In this document: piece by piece, positions 1 through 9,052 of the stretch
Numbering within the stretch: position 1 is the stretch's first letter
Layout of the letters: each line of letters begins with the position of its first letter
Assembly: GCA_964629655.1 (NCBI GenBank)
Contig: CAZVQU010000003.1
Location: 17,613-81,612, forward strand
DNA length: 64,000 nucleotides
Origin: an uncultured Planctomycetia bacterium
GTDB taxonomy: Bacteria > Omnitrophota > Gorgyraeia > Duberdicusellales > 4484-171
Reading direction: 5' to 3'
Notes under the pieces: generated by a model
The model's database searches: none
Told to the model about the DNA's origin: nothing
What the model saw: the letters and a program-made list of their open reading frames with translations, nothing else
Made by a program: the position numbers and the translations under genes

Positions 1-560
1 TTGTTCCTTGAGAGGACTTCGGCTAATCTGCTTGAGAGCATCACAATAATAAATAATGGCGAGATAGCGGTTCCTAAACCAAATACCAGACAAAAAACTA
101 TTGCTTTAAGATGAGAATCAGAGACAAGCACAATATAATTCAATATTCCTAGAAGCGGAAGACAGGGGGCTAATCCGATTAAAAGCCCTAAGATGCCGAC
201 ATTCCTGGTATTCCCCTTATGTATCCAACCACAGACAGGATTTAACTTATTTCCTTTATAAAAAATAGTTGTTATTCCAATTAGAATGATAAAGCATCCG
301 ATAGTAAGGTAGATACGATCTAAATATTTTACACCCAGAGGACTAGCCATCATTTTAACTCCTAAGCCGCAGAGAACTCCCAAAATACAGTAGCCGAGGA
401 GCTTACCCGAAGAAAATATCAAGTAAGAAAAAAATGAGTCCCTAAAGGTTTTTTTGTGTATAGCCGTATAGCTTACCAGTACCGGAGCGCACAAGCTTAG
501 ACAGGGGCCTGAGCCGAGGACCAAACCACAAATAAATAAATAGTATAGATTTTCTTTCAT
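1..560 (-). CDS. Multi-pass membrane protein, DsbD_2 / UreH / TauE-like (C-terminus beyond window edge)
   Basis: Minus-strand reading from ATG (rc of cat 558-560) gives MKENLYYLFICGLVLGSGPCLSLCAPVLVSY...GLAPCLPLLG... Several TM helices with paired Cys/Pro motifs typical of DsbD_2 / sulfite-exporter-like domains. Not in supplied ORF track because it lacks a stop within the window. Confidence 0.4.
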   Translation of the reverse strand, partial: MKENLYYLFICGLVLGSGPCLSLCAPVLVSYTAIHKKTFRDSFFSYLIFSSGKLLGYCILGVLCGLGVKMMASPLGVKYLDRIYLTIGCFIILIGITTIFYKGNKLNPVCGWIHKGNTRNVGILGLLIGLAPCLPLLGILNYIVLVSDSHLKAIVFCLVFGLGTAISPLFIIVMLSSRLAEVLSRN

Positions 561-596
561 CTCTGCTATAAAATAATATAAGAGAAAAATAAGGAG

Positions 597-2717
597 TTGT
601 CTATGCTTATCTTTATCGCCCTAGGCTCAGTTGCTGCGATATTTCAATTAACAATTTTTAGAGAGTTTACCTATTCTCTCGCTAAGAATGAGCTTAGCCT
701 TATTTTGGGGGTCGGAGTATGGCTTATTTCCTGTTCTTTGGGTAGTTTTCTCTTTAAGAGAAAAAAGACTTTAAGCGCAGGCTTTATTTCGTCTCTTTTT
801 GGGTTGGCATATTCTTTGGTAATTTGCGGCATCCATTTGAGTAAATCTTTAGCCGGAGTAAGCTACTATGAAGTAGCGAGCTTAGGCTTTATCTTTATTG
901 CGGCAATTTTTCTCATTAGCCCGGTTGGTTTCTTGATTGGTTATTCATTCCGGGCCTTTAGCCAGAACTATTTAGATAAGCATTCACTCAAGGTAAAAAC
1001 CTTTGGAAAGTTTTTTGCGTATGAGGCAATAGGATTTTTTATCGGAGGAGTCGCCTTTACTTTTCTTTTTTCCTCATATTCCAATCCCTTTATTTTTACC
1101 GTTTTAGCTCTTCTTTTATTGATAGCTTCGTCTGGTCAGGTAAAAGAGAAGATAATATCTTTCCTAGTAATAATTTTGTTGTCGATAGTTTTCTTTTTTA
1201 GTTTTACGCCGATTTTAAAATTTGAATTAAAAGGGGCAGATATCCTTAAGCTTAAAGGTTCAAGCTACGGCCCGATTATCCTGGCAAAAAAATTCGGCGT
1301 TGAATCTTTATATGCAAATGGTTCTTTAATAGCCACCAGCGAAGATAAGTCCGGGAATGAACAATTTATCCATAGCGTTCTTGCTGCCAACCCCAAAGCT
1401 AAAGACATTCTTTTTATCGGTCCCTATTTTTCCGGTCAGATTCAGGAGATATTAAAATATCCTATACAGAATCTAGATTGCTTAGATATAAATCCTGTCC
1501 TTTCATCTTTAAGTATAGATAGATTAGAGGCCGAGGAACGAGAGAGGGCTAATTTTATTGTTACTGATCCGCGCCTTTACCTTAGCAAGATTACGAAACG
1601 GTATGATTGCATAATTATGAACATGCCTGCTCCCTCAAGTGTAGCTTTTAACCGCTACTTCTCTTATCAATTTTTCCAGCTTATCAAAGAGCGTTTAAAC
1701 AATAAAGGTATTTTTTCCTTTCGTATTCCTTCCAAGGCCGATATTTTAAGCCCGAAATTTGTCAGGTTTAACTCTTGCATTATAAATACTCTAGACAGCG
1801 TTTTTAAGAGCAGGTTGCTGATCCCCTCGGATTCAATGATTGTTATTGCTAGTTTAGATAAGAATATCAGCCCGGGTGATTTAATAAGAAATTTTGAAAA
1901 CTTAAAGCTCGGAAATGATTATTTTACAAAGTATCACCTTAGAGACTCTCTTGATCCCGGCCGTATTGGTTATCTCAATGAGGTACTTGAAGAGGGGGTT
2001 GATTTAAACAGTGATTTTAACCTTCTGGGATTTTTGTATTACTCTTTAATTGAGCAGGCAAAGTTTTATCCTCGTATAGCAATAAATGTTTCCATGATAA
2101 GAGGGATAGTGGTCAGCATTTTTATTATTGCAGTTTTTCTTATCAGCGGCATTGGCTTCTCGAATCGAAAACCCCGGCTGCTGCCCAATGCTGCAGTAGT
2201 TGGTTTTTCATCAATTGGTTTAAGTGCAGTAATTTTTGTACTTTTTCAACTTTACTCCGGTGCTCTTTTTTGGAAAATGGGTATTCTGGTCGGAATATTC
2301 ATGGCTGGTTTAAGCATCGGTACATTCATAATTAACTCATTGAGCGATAAGATATTTAAAATTCGGAGGCCTTTGCCATTTCTTTATCTTGGCTGGTTTA
2401 TCTTTCTGGTTGGACTTTGGGCTGGAATAAAATCCCTGGTTAGCTATTTCCAAGCTGACCTTGTTTTTTATCTCGGATCATTCCTATCAGGAGTACTAAC
2501 AGGGTCTCTATATCCCATTCTCAGCAGGCTTATCTTTAATGTTAAAACCAACCCTAAAGATTTAGCGCCGGCTATTTATATGGCTGATTTAGCTGGAGCT
2601 GGTATCGGGACCCTTGTCTTTTCGATTCTTTTTATTCCCTTTTTGGGGGTAGGCCTTAGCTTGCTAATGATTATGTTTTTAATCTTTACCTGGGGCCTAA
2701 AGGAGTGTTTTAATTAA
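597..2717 (+). CDS. Membrane-anchored spermidine/spermine synthase-like protein (polyamine aminopropyltransferase fold between N- and C-terminal TM bundles)
   Basis: 706 aa. Central segment ILFIGPYFSGQIQEIL...DCLDINPVLSS...FIVTDPRLYL...YDCIIMNMPAPSS matches spermidine synthase Rossmann/SAM-like motifs. Hydrophobic TM-rich N and C termini. Confidence 0.6.
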   Translation: MSMLIFIALGSVAAIFQLTIFREFTYSLAKNELSLILGVGVWLISCSLGSFLFKRKKTLSAGFISSLFGLAYSLVICGIHLSKSLAGVSYYEVASLGFIFIAAIFLISPVGFLIGYSFRAFSQNYLDKHSLKVKTFGKFFAYEAIGFFIGGVAFTFLFSSYSNPFIFTVLALLLLIASSGQVKEKIISFLVIILLSIVFFFSFTPILKFELKGADILKLKGSSYGPIILAKKFGVESLYANGSLIATSEDKSGNEQFIHSVLAANPKAKDILFIGPYFSGQIQEILKYPIQNLDCLDINPVLSSLSIDRLEAEERERANFIVTDPRLYLSKITKRYDCIIMNMPAPSSVAFNRYFSYQFFQLIKERLNNKGIFSFRIPSKADILSPKFVRFNSCIINTLDSVFKSRLLIPSDSMIVIASLDKNISPGDLIRNFENLKLGNDYFTKYHLRDSLDPGRIGYLNEVLEEGVDLNSDFNLLGFLYYSLIEQAKFYPRIAINVSMIRGIVVSIFIIAVFLISGIGFSNRKPRLLPNAAVVGFSSIGLSAVIFVLFQLYSGALFWKMGILVGIFMAGLSIGTFIINSLSDKIFKIRRPLPFLYLGWFIFLVGLWAGIKSLVSYFQADLVFYLGSFLSGVLTGSLYPILSRLIFNVKTNPKDLAPAIYMADLAGAGIGTLVFSILFIPFLGVGLSLLMIMFLIFTWGLKECFN

Positions 2718-3811
2718 TCCCAGACGCCGGGAATTTTATGTCCGCAGAGAGGACATTTACCTTCCTTTAACTGATTTTCAATAACATTGTAGCCAACACG
2801 CTTGATAATTGTCTCGGCGCAATTAGGGCAGAGAGTATCCTCGCCAATTTGTTGGGGAACATTCCCAATGTATATGAACTTTATTCCTTCATCTTCAGCA
2901 ATCTTTCGAGCTCGCAAGAGGGCTCCTAGGGGGGTCGGGGATAGGTTAGTGAGTTTGTAGAGAGGGAAAAACCTTGCAAAGTGGATTGGAGTCTCGGGAC
3001 CCAAGTTTTTTTTAATCCACCGGCAGAGTTTAGTAATATCTTCATCGCTATCGTTAGCACCGGGAATAAGTAAGTTTGTTATCTCAAGCCAAACCCCTTC
3101 TTCTTTTAGTACCTTTAAGGTATTAAGTACAGTATCCACGCTTCCTTGGCACATGGAAGCGTAGTACTTATCGCTGAAACCTTTTAAGTCGATATTGGCT
3201 GCTGTAAGGTATTTAGCAATTTCCCTTAATGGTTTTTCATTTACATAGCCGGCTGAATGCATTACACATTTGATGCCTTCAGCTTTAGCTACTTTGGCGA
3301 TATCCAGCATGTACTCATAAAATATAATCGGTTCAGTATAAGTAAAGGCAATAGTTTTAGAATTGGTTTCTTTAGCCAGGGTAACTATTTTTTCCGGGGT
3401 AACTGGCTCCACCTTCACGCTTTCTGGGTCAAGCTGAGAGATTTCCCAGTTTTGACAGAATTTGCAGCGTAGGTTACAGCCAGCAGTAGCTATTGAGAAT
3501 GATTTTGTTCCCGGGTATACGTGAGCTAAGGGTTTTTTCTCAATCGGGTCAACGTGCACAGCTACCGGCTGGGCATAGTTTAATGTATACAGTTTCCCGC
3601 CAATATTCTTTCTTCCCCGGCAAAATCCTTTTTGGTTTGGAGATAGAACACATCTTCGCGGGCAGAGCTGACATTGAACCCTATTCTCGCCTAAACCAAC
3701 CCAGTATAGGGCTTCTTTTAAGGTAGGCTCGGCGGCAAGAGTAAGATTGGAAGAAAAATATCCGCCAAAAAGCAGAACAATTACAACAAATAATAAGTTT
3801 TTAGTCTTCAT
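2714..3811 (-). CDS. AmmeMemoRadiSam-system radical SAM enzyme (AmrS-like) with N-terminal signal/anchor extension
   Basis: Motifs RVQCQLCPRRCVL, GFCRGR, AGCNLRCKFCQNWEIS (CxxxCxxC) and C-terminal CPNC...CPLCGH Zn-ribbon, characteristic of AmrS (pyruvate-formate-lyase-activase-like). N-term MKTKNLLFVVIVLLFGGYFSSNLTLAAEP looks like a signal peptide. Confidence 0.75.
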   Translation of the reverse strand: MKTKNLLFVVIVLLFGGYFSSNLTLAAEPTLKEALYWVGLGENRVQCQLCPRRCVLSPNQKGFCRGRKNIGGKLYTLNYAQPVAVHVDPIEKKPLAHVYPGTKSFSIATAGCNLRCKFCQNWEISQLDPESVKVEPVTPEKIVTLAKETNSKTIAFTYTEPIIFYEYMLDIAKVAKAEGIKCVMHSAGYVNEKPLREIAKYLTAANIDLKGFSDKYYASMCQGSVDTVLNTLKVLKEEGVWLEITNLLIPGANDSDEDITKLCRWIKKNLGPETPIHFARFFPLYKLTNLSPTPLGALLRARKIAEDEGIKFIYIGNVPQQIGEDTLCPNCAETIIKRVGYNVIENQLKEGKCPLCGHKIPGVWD

Positions 3812-3876
3812 TTTGTTACTCTAGTCATAATATCATAAATCTATCCGGTTTTCGATAATTTTTTAATTTCGGGAGT

Positions 3877-3947
3877 ACTTGACAGAAGAATAAATATATT
3901 GTATACTTTGGGTAGTTAATAGTTAATATAGTTAAGTGTTAAGGAGG
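3877..3947 (+). promoter_or_regulatory. Putative sigma70 promoter (TTGACA-17-TATACT) plus triple GTTAA(T/G) repeat (tagTTAATagTTAATatagTTAAG) likely MarR operator, then RBS AAGGAGG
   Basis: TTGACA at 3877-3882, TATACT 17 nt downstream. Repeated GTTAAT half-sites 3913-3936 immediately upstream of marR-like start. Confidence 0.35.
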
Positions 3948-3953
3948 CTAAAT

Positions 3954-4421
3954 ATGGTTAAAAAAGTAAAAATTTCCAAGTTTTCCGAGGAGTTAGTCCA
4001 GACCATAACCTATGTGCATCGCTTGGCAAATTCAATGCTAAAGCGGCGAGCCGATGTTTTGTTCCAGGGAAGGATCACTTTTCCCCAGTATGTGGCTCTG
4101 GAAGTGCTTAATAGCGACAAGCCGTTAAGGATGAAGGATATTGCTAGAATTTTAAAGATCAGCCTTCCGGCTGTTACTGGTTTGATTAGCCGCTTGGTGG
4201 CAATGAAGCTGGCAAGGCGGGTTTACGATAAGAGAGACCGCAGAGTTATATTTATTATTTTAACTGCAAAGGGTGAGAGGGTTATTGAACAGACCCGGAC
4301 AGCCCGTAAAGAAATTATTTCGGAGATTTTCAGCGTTCTTAGCGAAGGAGAACGTCAGACCTATTTGGGAATTTTGCAGAAGATAAAAAAGGCCTTTTAT
4401 GGAAAAGATCAGAAGAAGTAA
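3954..4421 (+). CDS. MarR-family transcriptional regulator
   Basis: wHTH region FPQYVALEVLNSDKPLRMKDIARILKISLPAVTGLISRLVAMKLARR typical of MarR. Start placed at ATG 3954 (6 nt after AAGGAGG) rather than track start 3936, which lies inside the RBS. Confidence 0.75.
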   Translation: MVKKVKISKFSEELVQTITYVHRLANSMLKRRADVLFQGRITFPQYVALEVLNSDKPLRMKDIARILKISLPAVTGLISRLVAMKLARRVYDKRDRRVIFIILTAKGERVIEQTRTARKEIISEIFSVLSEGERQTYLGILQKIKKAFYGKDQKK

Positions 4422-5898
4422 ATTCAAGGTATCCCTTTATCTGCTATTAGTAGTAGGTTTAGCAACAAACCTAACTACGCTTGAGGCTTATTCCCAGGCA
4501 CCAGCTGTTGGGCTGATAAAGCTTTCTCTTGGGGATGTAAGTAGGCTGGCGTTAGAGAACTCCTTAGATATCCAAATTGCCCAATATGATACTTACATTA
4601 GTCGAACTTCTCTCGATGATGCCCAGTCTATATTCGACACTATTTTTAGGGCTGAAGCTAGTTATAATAGAAATAAAAAAGCTCAAGCCAGCACTCTTGC
4701 TGGTTCTGACGCCAAGGAGCATTCATTTTCTCTGGGATTGGAAAAGAAACTTCCTACCGGGACAACCCTGTCTTTGGATGCTACTGCTACCAAGACCAGA
4801 ACCGACAGCGCTTTTAGTGTTTTAAATCCCTATAACGAGGCTTTGGTTGAGTTAACAGTAAAACAGGAATTGGGCAAGAATTTCTTTGGGCTGGCTGACC
4901 GAGCTGACATTAAGCTTACTAAACTTGATATCGAGAATTCTGAGTTTACCTCTTTAGATGATATTGAAGAGATCCTATACAGAGCCCAGAAAGCTTACTG
5001 GAACTTAGTTTTAAAAAATGAAGAACTAGCGATAAGCCAGGACATATTTAAGAGTGCAAAAAGGCTTTATGAGATCTATCAAAATAAGTACTCAATAGGA
5101 TTGGTCGAAGAGAGTGAACTTTTAGCGATGGAGGCACTTGTTCATACCAGAGAGAGTGATTTGGTGGTAGCTGGCCTAGAGCAGGAAACTGCAAAAAATG
5201 ATCTACTTTTTCTTCTTAATAAGGGAGATTTTAAAGATAAAGTTGAGCCCGATGATAAATTAGGCGCTGATACTGCTAGAGTTGACTTATACCAGATGTT
5301 AAGAGAGTCTATTAGCTTTCGAAGGGATTATAAGCGGATAAAAAACGAACTCGAGAAGAGTGAAATTGATTTAGTAGTTAAGAAAAATGCCCTTTGGCCG
5401 CAAATAGATCTTGAAGCTACCTTTGCCCGTAATAATATAAATGCCCAAAGAGGCAGTGCCTGGGAAGGTATCCCCGGTAATAGCAATGATGAGATATCGC
5501 TTACATTAACTATCGAAATTCCTCTAGAGAACAGAGAGGCAAAAGCAGAGCTCGAGAAGGTAAGACTTGAAGACAGCCAGCTCTTGCTTCGTCTAAAGAG
5601 GACCGAGCGCCTTATTTTGCAGGAAATCAATGATAAGGTTAGTCAGGTCAATACTAGCGATAATCAAGTTAGGCTATACCAGTCTATAATTAAGTTGCAT
5701 CAAAAAAAGCTCGACAATCAGATAAAACGCATTGGTTATGGCCGTTCAAATGCCGATACACTCATCCAGTATGAGGATGACCTCCTAAAGGCAAGATTGG
5801 CTTTAGCAACCAATCTCTATACCTATAGGGTTTCTATTATTGAGTTGGATTTAACTAAGAATGTATTGTTAGATAAGTATTGGAAGGAGCCTTTATAA
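4399..5898 (+). CDS. TolC-family outer-membrane efflux protein (OMF)
   Basis: 499 aa, signal peptide, repeated alpha-helical/beta segments (LSLGDVSRLALENSLDIQIAQYD...; second repeat LTLTIEIPLENREAKAELEKVRL...) typical of the OEP family. Overlaps marR end by 23 nt. Confidence 0.7.
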   Translation: MEKIRRSKFKVSLYLLLVVGLATNLTTLEAYSQAPAVGLIKLSLGDVSRLALENSLDIQIAQYDTYISRTSLDDAQSIFDTIFRAEASYNRNKKAQASTLAGSDAKEHSFSLGLEKKLPTGTTLSLDATATKTRTDSAFSVLNPYNEALVELTVKQELGKNFFGLADRADIKLTKLDIENSEFTSLDDIEEILYRAQKAYWNLVLKNEELAISQDIFKSAKRLYEIYQNKYSIGLVEESELLAMEALVHTRESDLVVAGLEQETAKNDLLFLLNKGDFKDKVEPDDKLGADTARVDLYQMLRESISFRRDYKRIKNELEKSEIDLVVKKNALWPQIDLEATFARNNINAQRGSAWEGIPGNSNDEISLTLTIEIPLENREAKAELEKVRLEDSQLLLRLKRTERLILQEINDKVSQVNTSDNQVRLYQSIIKLHQKKLDNQIKRIGYGRSNADTLIQYEDDLLKARLALATNLYTYRVSIIELDLTKNVLLDKYWKEPL

Positions 5899-5908
5899 AG
5901 GAACAATT

Positions 5909-8900
5909 ATGAAGATCTCGGAATTTTCAGTAAAACACTCACTTTTGATTAATCTTATCTCCCTGTTTGTTCTTATTGCCGGGTTTTTTACTCTTTTTGT
6001 ATATAAGATCAGGAGAGAAGCTTTTCCCGAGGTATCCTATGACATGGTAGTCGTTAATACTGCTTATCTTGGCGCTCCGCCTCAGGAAGTAGAGAAGCTG
6101 GTTACTATACCGGTTGAAAAAGAGCTAAAAGGGGTTGATGGGATTGAGGAGATGCAGTCTACTTCCATTGAGAATGCCTCTAACATCCTGATAAAGATTA
6201 GTCAGGATGTGAAGGACAAGAAGAAGGTTGTTGATGATATCCAGAAAGCTGTTGATCGGGTCCGAAATCTACCTCAGGGCGTTGACGAGGATCCGGTAGT
6301 AACCGAGATTACTTCTGGTGAAATTCCAGTAATTCAAGTGGCATTAAGCGGAGAGTTACCCGAAGGCAAATTACAGGAATATGCAGATAACTTAGAAGAT
6401 ATATTTGAAGATATTCCGGGAGTGTCATCAATTTCTAAAAAGGGCTATCGTGATACTGAGGTATGGGTTGAAGTCGACCCTGAGAGATTGCAAGATGCCT
6501 ATGTTAGCTTAGAAGAGATAATGCAGGCGTTGGATAAGCAAAATATAAGCATTCCCGGAGGAAAAGTGCGCGGTGAGGAGGAGTTTAACATACGGACTAC
6601 CGGAGAATTTTATACTAAAGAGGAGATTGAAAATGTGGTTATCAGGGCTAATGAGTCGGGTAATTGGCTGCGTATAAAAGATATAGCTAGTGTGCGTTTT
6701 TCCTTTGAGGATGAAAACGTAATAAATAAAAGCTATGGGATGCGATCAGTTGATCTCACTATTATCAAGAGGGCAACCGGTGATGCGATTAAGATTGTCG
6801 ACGACGTTAAGAAACAGACAGAAGACTTCCTTGGCGGGAGCGACTCAAGGCTAAAAGTAGCTTATATAAATGATATATCTTACTACATCAAAAGAAGGCT
6901 TGGAGTTTTAAAGAATAATGGAATTATCGGTATATTCTTAGTCTGCACGGTTCTGATGCTATTCCTGAATTCGCGAGTCGCTCTTTTAACTACCTTAGGT
7001 CTTCCGATTGCCTTCTCAGCCACTCTTGCCATAATGGGCTTTTTTGGTTTGAGTGTTAACCTGATTACTATGTTTGGCTTAATCATAGTTTTGGGAATGT
7101 TGGTAGATGATGGAATTATTATAGCTGAGAATTGCTCCCGCTATCTCGAAGAGGGGTATAGCCCCAGGGAAGCAGCAATTATCGGAACCAAAGAAGTAGC
7201 TAAACCGGTTACTACTACAGTTATTACCACAATCGCTGCTTTTGCTCCACTTATGTTTATGGGCGGCATGCTTGGTAAATTTATCTGGGGGATACCTCTG
7301 GTTGTGATGATTGCTTTGTCAGCCTCGCTATTTGAAGCCTTGGTAATTTTACCTTCCCACTTTGCTGATTTTATTAAAACTGGAAAAAGGAAGTTTAAGT
7401 CAAGGAAGGATTTGCCGTGGTTTAAAAAGCTAGTTAGTTTTTACACCAGGATAGTGAATAAAGCCTTAAACCGGCGCTATTGGGTTCTCTTGGGATTAAT
7501 CGTTTTGCTTTTGCTTACCTTTGGATTAGCTAAAACTATGCCTTTTGTTCTCTTTGGTTCAGAGGAAGGAGTTGAGCAATTTTGGATTAGAGCTGAGGCT
7601 CCGGTTGGAACAAATATTTACAAGACTAACCAGTTGATAAGTAAGGTTGAGGCTATAGTTAAGGAGCTACCCGAGGATGAATTAGATGCTTACACTACTT
7701 TGGTTGGCTCAATTGGTGAGACTTGGATGTTTGATCCCTATGGTAAGTCAGGAAGCCATACTGCTCAAATTACAATATATCTTACTCCTTACACTGAACG
7801 CAAGAGAAGTGTCTCGGAAATTATGGATAGCATGAAGAAGGCGACAAAAGAAATAGTGGGTTTTGATAAACTTTACTTTGAGAGAGAACATGCTGGTCCG
7901 CCAGTGGGAAAAGCCGTGGCCGTTAAAGTAAGAGGAGAAAAATTTACAATCTTAGAGGAAATATCCGGAGAAATAATTAAATTTCTTGAAGGCACCGATG
8001 GAATTTTAGACATTACCTCTGACTATGAGGTTGGAAGGGGTGAAGTTAGGGTAGTTGTTAATCCTGACCAGGCAGCAAGAGTATCTCTTTCAGTAGGAGA
8101 AATTGCTACCTCAATCCGTAATGCTTTTAGGGGTGGCGTAGCTACTTCGATTAAGCCTGTGCAGGCCGAGGAAGAAATTGATGTTTTGGTGCGCTTTCCT
8201 GAAGAGCATCGCGATACCAAGAAAACTTTTGATAAGATTCTTATTCCTAACAAATTCGGCAACCTTATACCTTTGAATAAGGTAGCTCATCTGGAAGATA
8301 AAGTATCTTTAGCACGAATACAGCATTCCCGGGGTAAGAGAGTAATTACTGTCCGGGCTGATGTCGATGTTAAGAAGATTACTTCTCTTAAGGCTAATAA
8401 ATTTATTGATGATAAGTTTAAAGATATACCTAAAAGATATCCCGGTTACCGGATAGAATATGCCGGAGAGCAACAAGAAAATGTTAGGTCAGCAAAGGGG
8501 TTCATTAGTGCTTTCGGACTATCAGCATTCTTGATATTTTTAATTTTGGCCGCTAATTTCAACTCACTTATTCAACCGCTAGTGGTAATGATGGCAATTC
8601 CTTTTGGCCTTATCGGAGTTATTTGGGCCTTTTTCTTCCACGGGTTCTCCTTAAGCTTTTTTATGATGATGGGTATTGTTGGCTTAAGCGGGATTGTTGT
8701 TAATGATTCTATTGTTTTGGTTGAGTTTATTAATAATTTGCGCCGAAAAGGAATTGAGCGGCGGGAGTCGATTATTAGCGCCGGTCAGCTGAGGCTGCGG
8801 CCCGTACTGCTTACAACAATTACCACTGCCTTGGGCCTGACCCCGACTGCCTATGGTATTTGGGGAGGTGACCCATTCTTGCGGCCGATGGCGCTTACTA

Positions 8901-9040
8901 TTGTTTGGGGTATTATTTGCGCGACAGCTTTGACTTTGATAGTTCTTCCCTGTATTTATGCTATTATTGACGATTTTACCTTTAGGGTTGTCGGCCATGT
9001 GACTGTAAAAAAATCTAACCAACAAGAAAAGAATAAGTGA
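5909..9040 (+). CDS. RND efflux permease (AcrB/HAE1-like, 12 TM, two large periplasmic loops)
   Basis: 1043 aa. Conserved RND motifs (GLIIVLGMLVDDGIIIAEN, second half LIFLILAANFNSL, VGLSGIVVNDSIVLVEF). Confidence 0.85.
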   Translation: MKISEFSVKHSLLINLISLFVLIAGFFTLFVYKIRREAFPEVSYDMVVVNTAYLGAPPQEVEKLVTIPVEKELKGVDGIEEMQSTSIENASNILIKISQDVKDKKKVVDDIQKAVDRVRNLPQGVDEDPVVTEITSGEIPVIQVALSGELPEGKLQEYADNLEDIFEDIPGVSSISKKGYRDTEVWVEVDPERLQDAYVSLEEIMQALDKQNISIPGGKVRGEEEFNIRTTGEFYTKEEIENVVIRANESGNWLRIKDIASVRFSFEDENVINKSYGMRSVDLTIIKRATGDAIKIVDDVKKQTEDFLGGSDSRLKVAYINDISYYIKRRLGVLKNNGIIGIFLVCTVLMLFLNSRVALLTTLGLPIAFSATLAIMGFFGLSVNLITMFGLIIVLGMLVDDGIIIAENCSRYLEEGYSPREAAIIGTKEVAKPVTTTVITTIAAFAPLMFMGGMLGKFIWGIPLVVMIALSASLFEALVILPSHFADFIKTGKRKFKSRKDLPWFKKLVSFYTRIVNKALNRRYWVLLGLIVLLLLTFGLAKTMPFVLFGSEEGVEQFWIRAEAPVGTNIYKTNQLISKVEAIVKELPEDELDAYTTLVGSIGETWMFDPYGKSGSHTAQITIYLTPYTERKRSVSEIMDSMKKATKEIVGFDKLYFEREHAGPPVGKAVAVKVRGEKFTILEEISGEIIKFLEGTDGILDITSDYEVGRGEVRVVVNPDQAARVSLSVGEIATSIRNAFRGGVATSIKPVQAEEEIDVLVRFPEEHRDTKKTFDKILIPNKFGNLIPLNKVAHLEDKVSLARIQHSRGKRVITVRADVDVKKITSLKANKFIDDKFKDIPKRYPGYRIEYAGEQQENVRSAKGFISAFGLSAFLIFLILAANFNSLIQPLVVMMAIPFGLIGVIWAFFFHGFSLSFFMMMGIVGLSGIVVNDSIVLVEFINNLRRKGIERRESIISAGQLRLRPVLLTTITTALGLTPTAYGIWGGDPFLRPMALTIVWGIICATALTLIVLPCIYAIIDDFTFRVVGHVTVKKSNQQEKNK

Positions 9041-9052
9041 TATAATACATCA

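Noticed and set aside
3257-3726. Track ORFs 3257-3472 and 3493-3726 (+) inside the AmrS gene
   Set aside because: They lie entirely antisense to a well-supported radical SAM CDS and show low-complexity composition with no RBS. Shadow ORFs.
4577-9025. Short ORFs nested in or antisense to the TolC and RND genes (4577-4825, 5328-5630, 6883-7086, 8023-8262, 8684-9025)
   Set aside because: Antisense or out-of-frame within strongly supported long CDSs. No independent signals.
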